DNA of 64,000 bases from Oculina patagonica. Its lineage: Eukaryota. Below are positions 59,313-64,000 of the stretch, one piece after another (positions within the stretch are counted from its first letter, which is position 1; each line of letters opens with the position of its first letter). A program made the position numbers and the translations under genes. The notes under the pieces were generated by a model, which saw only the letters and a list, made by a program, of their open reading frames with translations, did not search any database and was not told the origin of the DNA. Location of the stretch: assembly GCF_052425735.1 (NCBI RefSeq), contig NC_135762.1, positions 12,834,001 through 12,898,000 on the forward strand, given 5' to 3'.

Positions 59313-61246
59313 CAGGCCTTCCGTTCGATCTTGCGCGAGATTCAATGTTCTTTTGCTGGGGGGGGGGGGGGGGGGGAAGTGTCTCGCTTTGATTTTCGAA
59401 TCTGTTATCTGAACCGTTGGCTGTATTCATAATGGCGAAGCGAAAGGGTCGAATTTCAGGTGGGAAACGAGCGATTTTCATGCGGTTGCAGTTGAATTTG
59501 AAAGCCAGTTGATATGTAACAAAGAAAGGAACTATCCGCGGTACCGCTGATCTTGATTTGAAGCGTTTATGTCCATTCTTCGAGAATACTTTGGCCTTCA
59601 AACGATCGACGACCGTTCGCTATCCCAGTCTCCAGCCTTGTCTTTTTTCATAGTGAAACACCACCAGCCAGCGCTACTCCGATAACGGTCCCTGTGGGGA
59701 GAGGCTCGAGTTTGTCGCCTTTTTCATACCTAACTAGGGGATCGAGAGTGCTTATTGATCTTACGAGCTCAACACGAAATTGAGAAACAGTACCCATTGT
59801 TTGTTCGGTTTAGTGATTAGCCAAAAACTAAAATATCCTAGCAACGGCAGAAGTTTTTCCTACCCAGTGTTTTCTTATTTCGTACCGTAACTTATAAAAT
59901 GCAAATTAGTTTAGCATCCAGGACTTCTCGTCTGAAAAAAAGCTTGGTTACCCAAGTGTTGGAACAAGTGCTGTGGAACCGTCTTTTAAACATTTTTGAT
60001 AGTACTGTACATGTAGAAATCCACTTATCCTGTAGCTCTCATGCTTTACGCCGTTCGATGATGCAAGTAGTTGTGCGTCACTCCGATAAATCAATACCAA
60101 AACAACAACAACAAAAATATTATGACATCTCGTACTGAAGGTAGGTTGAATTAGTATTATCAATAATCAAGGGCTACTAATTATTTTTGTATTTTAAAAG
60201 CTTACATAAAATAAGAATAAGCCTACTTATTGCGTTATGCCTCGTTCTACAAAAGGATTCCGACATATACGCCTACACAAAGGAGGTGGATAAAGGGGTT
60301 ACGCATTCCTTTGTGAGCAAATGGTTCGAACCAATGCTAAAGAACGTCGACCGGAGCGGAAGTCATAAAGAAGACTGAAGATGACTTCCGCTCAGGTTGC
60401 CAAAACGTCGATCACCAACAACATTTCTGTTAAGAACTTATCTCACCCGGACGATCGCACTTTACGAACAAGTGACCTATATACAAATGTATCTGCCCCG
60501 CTTATAGCTTCGCCTGCTACTAGTAGATACGATCGATCAATAGCAAAGATATTGTTGACGTCACATATTGTTACTAGTAATACGTGACTCGCAGGGCCTC
60601 GCGAAGCTCTGGGTTGGGGAGGGAGGGGGTGTTATAAATAAGGAGTGATAACCGGTTTTAACCGGTAATTTATTATTGTTGCCTAGTAACGGACATGGCC
60701 GCGACACCCTCGTTCCCAGGGTCTACTCCGCTTTGAAAATGGCGGCTCTTTCTGGTTCGTAAAGAGGTATAAAGCGTTGGGAAGCGCAGGCTATTTTCAA
60801 AATCATCGACAAATTATTGGATATTCGCATTTTGGACATTTATTTCAGGGCATTAAAAAAAAAGAAGAACGAACGGCAGGAGGATTCGAACCCTCCGCCC
60901 GCGCGCCCCTGATGGCCATGAAAGGTTTATAGCCTGAATAGGCGTTGAGGGAGTATAATGTGGAAATCAGTGTTATTTTAATCCGAAAAGAAAAACGATA
61001 AAAATGGAAGGCTTAGGATTCGAACCCACAAAAAAAAAAAGAAAAAAAAAAAAAAAAAAAAACCTTAGCCGGATTTGAACCCCCGCCCTCAGTCAAGAAG
61101 ATCTGATTTGAAGTTCGACGCTCACACCATTAGGCCACCAGCGCGCGGCCGTGTGACGTCATTTCCGCCAGACACCAAGCTCACAAATATATATATATAT
61201 ATATATAACAGTAAAATATCAAGAGTTAGTTTATACGGTCATTTAT

Positions 61247-61292
61247 TCGCTACTCTGAGTTTCATGCCTCGTGCGAGGCAATCATCAGGCGA
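61247..61292 (-). ncRNA. Minimal type I hammerhead ribozyme (mirror copy)
   Basis: Reverse complement of 62184-62229. Confidence 0.78.
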
Positions 61293-62183
61293 CTGCCAGA
61301 AAAAACGGTTACATTCAAAGATATTTGAAAATTCAGAACAATACAATACATTGCGTGTCATATGTCACGTCACGCGAGAACTTTATCACTAGTTAAAAAA
61401 CGTTTTTCAGTAAGAATTTCCTAGAATGTCTGCAACACGATACAAGCTCATTTCTGCTGTTCAGAGTTGACATTTCCGGTTTACATAAAATGAAAAATTT
61501 CTCCCACAAACACAAATTACATCTCTTGGTTACATTCGAATAAGACCTAGCCTGTTTAACTTTGCGCCACTTGATGTCATACTTTATTTTCTGATCTTTC
61601 AGGCTCCAGATATACTTACTTAGTTCAGTGGCGTGTTTATACCGCTCATTTCGAAAAGAACATACATGATTACGGTATCTTAATTTAAACGTAGTGTCAC
61701 ATAGCCCGATGTATGTTTCCTTCGTGCAGGCCGAAGTCACTACACCAACCACGAAGGAAACATACATCGGGCTGTGTGACACTACGTTTAAATTAAGATA
61801 CCGTAATCATGTATGTTCTTTTCGAAATGAGCGGTATAAACACGCCACTGAACTAAGTAAGTATATCTGGAGCCTGAAAGATCAGAAAATAAAGTATGAC
61901 ATCAAGTGGCGCAAAGTTAAACAGGCTAGGTCTTATTCGAATGTAACCAAGAGATGTAATTTGTGTTTGTGGGAGAAATTTTTCATTTTATGTAAACCGG
62001 AAATGTCAACTCTGAACAGCAGAAATGAGCTTGTATCGTGTTGCAGACATTCTAGGAAATTCTTACTGAAAAACGTTTTTTAACTAGTGATAAAGTTCTC
62101 GCGTGACGTGACATATGACACGCAATGTATTGTATTGTTCTGAATTTTCAAATATCTTTGAATGTAACCGTTTTTTCTGGCAG

Positions 62184-62229
62184 TCGCCTGATGATTGCCT
62201 CGCACGAGGCATGAAACTCAGAGTAGCGA
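62184..62229 (+). ncRNA. Minimal type I hammerhead ribozyme
   Basis: TCGC-CTGATGA-tTGCCTCGcaCGAGGCAt-GAA-ACTCaGAGT-A-GCGA. It has the conserved core, stem II, a palindromic stem III, a GUA cleavage triplet and stem I TCGC/GCGA. Confidence 0.8.
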
Positions 62230-62334
62230 ATAAATGACCATATAAACTAACTCTTGATATTTTACTGTTATTCACCGCTCTAGTTCAGCTATTGAGCACT
62301 TTGTAGCAGATGAGAATTTCACTCCATTTGTTGG

Positions 62335-62339
<5 letters not shown>

Positions 62340-62409
<70 letters not shown>
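62340..62409. repeat. (TA)n microsatellite
   Basis: Direct reading. A shorter (TA)n lies at 61187-61207 on the other side of the Penelope fragment. Confidence 0.95.
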
Positions 62410-62411
<2 letters not shown>

Positions 62412-63011
62412 CCGTAAACTCCACACGAGATTTCATCCCGCCTGAGCCCTTTGAGGGACAAAATTATACACCTCGCTTCGCGAGGAATTAATGTGCCAAC
62501 CAGAAAACTATTGGCTGGCGAAACAAAGAGTTCTTTTGTTCAAATTGTTTACATTGAAATAACAAAGACAATGTTTGTAAACAAATATCTTCCCTATACT
62601 TGCTCTCTTCTCCGCAGATGCTCTCCGTGCACTTACTTTTTACCTTCCCCCATTTCCTAGCCATACAAAAAATAAAAAAGGCCTCTTCGGAGGAGAGAGC
62701 AATACTTGGCAAATAAATGGAAACATTTCCGTATACTTAATTATGCACACAAATATTGTGCCATGTAATATCATTCACATACGAGTGGGTGTCTGACAAA
62801 TGCAGACTGCAGACTTGAAGACTTTAACTTGGGTTAGCCTGAATAACCTCCGGTTAGCTTGAATAACACTTCGGTTTGCCTAAAAACACTTCGGTTAGCC
62901 TGTTTACTGTTTAGCTCTCAATAATAATGGTATTATCATAATGGTAACATAATACATGTATATACCTTAAGTCTGCAGTTTCCTGGATGCAAATGGCAGA
63001 CACCACACAGA

Positions 63012-63330
63012 ATGGGACAAAGAAAAAAATCTGAGTCCCCGACGGGAATCGGACCCATGGCCTCCCAGATACCGGTTGAGCACTCTAACCAACTGAGCTA
63101 CAAGAGACTCGTGGCGAGCTGGCTGTACATACTTGATGATTTCGACATTGCTGATCCTAGCAGTATGCAGGACGTGTGTCACATATCAACCTAGTAAATC
63201 GCCCAGCTCGCCACAAGTCTCTCGTAGCTCAGTTGGTTAGAGTGCTCAACCGGTATCTGGGAGGCCATGGGTTCGATTCCCGTTGGGGACTCAGAATATT
63301 TATTGGTCCCATGCTTGTGTCATTGTTGAA
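63012..63330. mobile_element. Twin divergent tRNA-like (SINE-type) heads
   Basis: 63012-63122 (minus) and 63203-63312 (plus) are inverted copies. The plus unit has A box TAGCTCAGTTGGTTAGAG and B box GGTTCGATTCC; the minus unit has the same A box and a B box with one mismatch (GGTCCGATTCC). Confidence 0.7.
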
Positions 63331-64000
63331 AAAATTCATCTTCATTATTTAACCTGTTGTAGCCAATTGCACATTCAGTAATGGAACCAAATGTAACTCC
63401 AATCATTCGATTGATTTGGATTGGGTTCGGTAAATCAAACATAATCGAACCCACCCAAATGTTTGGTTAATTCAACACAATGGAATGTTTGAAAATTAAA
63501 CATTTCTTTTATTTAACAGAATTGACCTCTAGACTGATATAACTTTTACCTTGGCCTGCACTTTGTCATTCCAAACCGGCTTCATTTGGTTTCAAACAAT
63601 GCGTTGCTGTCAAAAAAGTTATGTGTATTTAGGCATCTATTTCAAACATGTGCAGGGAAAAGATGTTGCAAGTCAAACTTACAATTATTTTAACATATCA
63701 AAGCGAAGCTTTAACAACTGTGGCTTCAGGACATCTGTGACAACCTTAAGCAACAGTAGTCCCTTGGCAGTATTATGACCTCTCTTGGTTTAAGTTGATT
63801 GACTGAAAAGTGTGTATGTCTTTTAACTAAGCTCACATACTGTAGTTAAAAGAGGGAAATCTCTTCATTTTTTAATTCAGTTCTATTAAAACTACAGTCA
63901 TTATCAATATTAATGCCATTATATTTTTCTACTGAACAAAAGTAAACTTATCGTGATGATTAAGTTTGATTGATTCGATTGAGTCTGGAGATTAAAATGG

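Larger units (their letters stand above)
61206..62340. mobile_element. Penelope-like retroelement 3' fragment as an inverted duplication (GIY-YIG endonuclease C-terminal part + pLTR)
   Basis: Arms 61206-61726 and 61750-62270 encode [17 protein letters not shown]...TELSKYIW...CNLCLWEK...LNSRNE...CRH. The element is flanked by (TA)n. Confidence 0.88.

Noticed and set aside
61393-62083. Two intact 129-aa protein genes
   Set aside because: They are mirror images produced by the palindrome. The N-termini are read from the opposite arm, and the RT and the start of the GIY-YIG domain are missing.
63203-63295. Possible tRNA genes (also 17535-17600 and 3330-3406)
   Set aside because: A/B boxes are present, but I could not fold a convincing acceptor stem/cloverleaf, and each is embedded in a repeated SINE-like body.

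Overview
AT-rich eukaryotic (animal) genomic DNA with GT-AG introns. The repeat families and the ROCO gene type point to a cnidarian, probably a stony coral (inference). There are three main components. (1) Two tandem + strand paralogues of a multi-exon gene, which I spliced by hand. Copy B (25084-45046) has 18 coding exons, 4350 nt and 1449 aa, with an unbroken frame. Copy A (226-14442) lacks its first exons, which lie before the window. The architecture is SAM-like, ACK/TNK-type tyrosine PSEUDOkinase, SH3, Roc GTPase, COR, death domain, TIR. The pseudokinase is highly divergent between copies, while the death/TIR end is nearly identical. (2) A complete 9772-bp Polinton/Maverick (adintovirus-like) endogenous virus at 47902-57673. 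It has ~216-bp TIRs, AGTAGT termini and a 6-bp TSD (TAAGTT), and the empty site is visible in the paralogous segment at 19876-19881. It encodes an integrase, penton, major capsid (1-nt frameshift), adenain protease, packaging ATPase, core proteins and a small Bcl-2-like (NWGR) ORF, but no DNA polymerase. (3) Many interspersed repeats: a decayed LINE, tRNA-derived SINEs, many MITEs, a foldback element, and a ~1.06-kb palindromic Penelope fragment with two hammerhead ribozymes. An assembly gap lies at 19572-19737.
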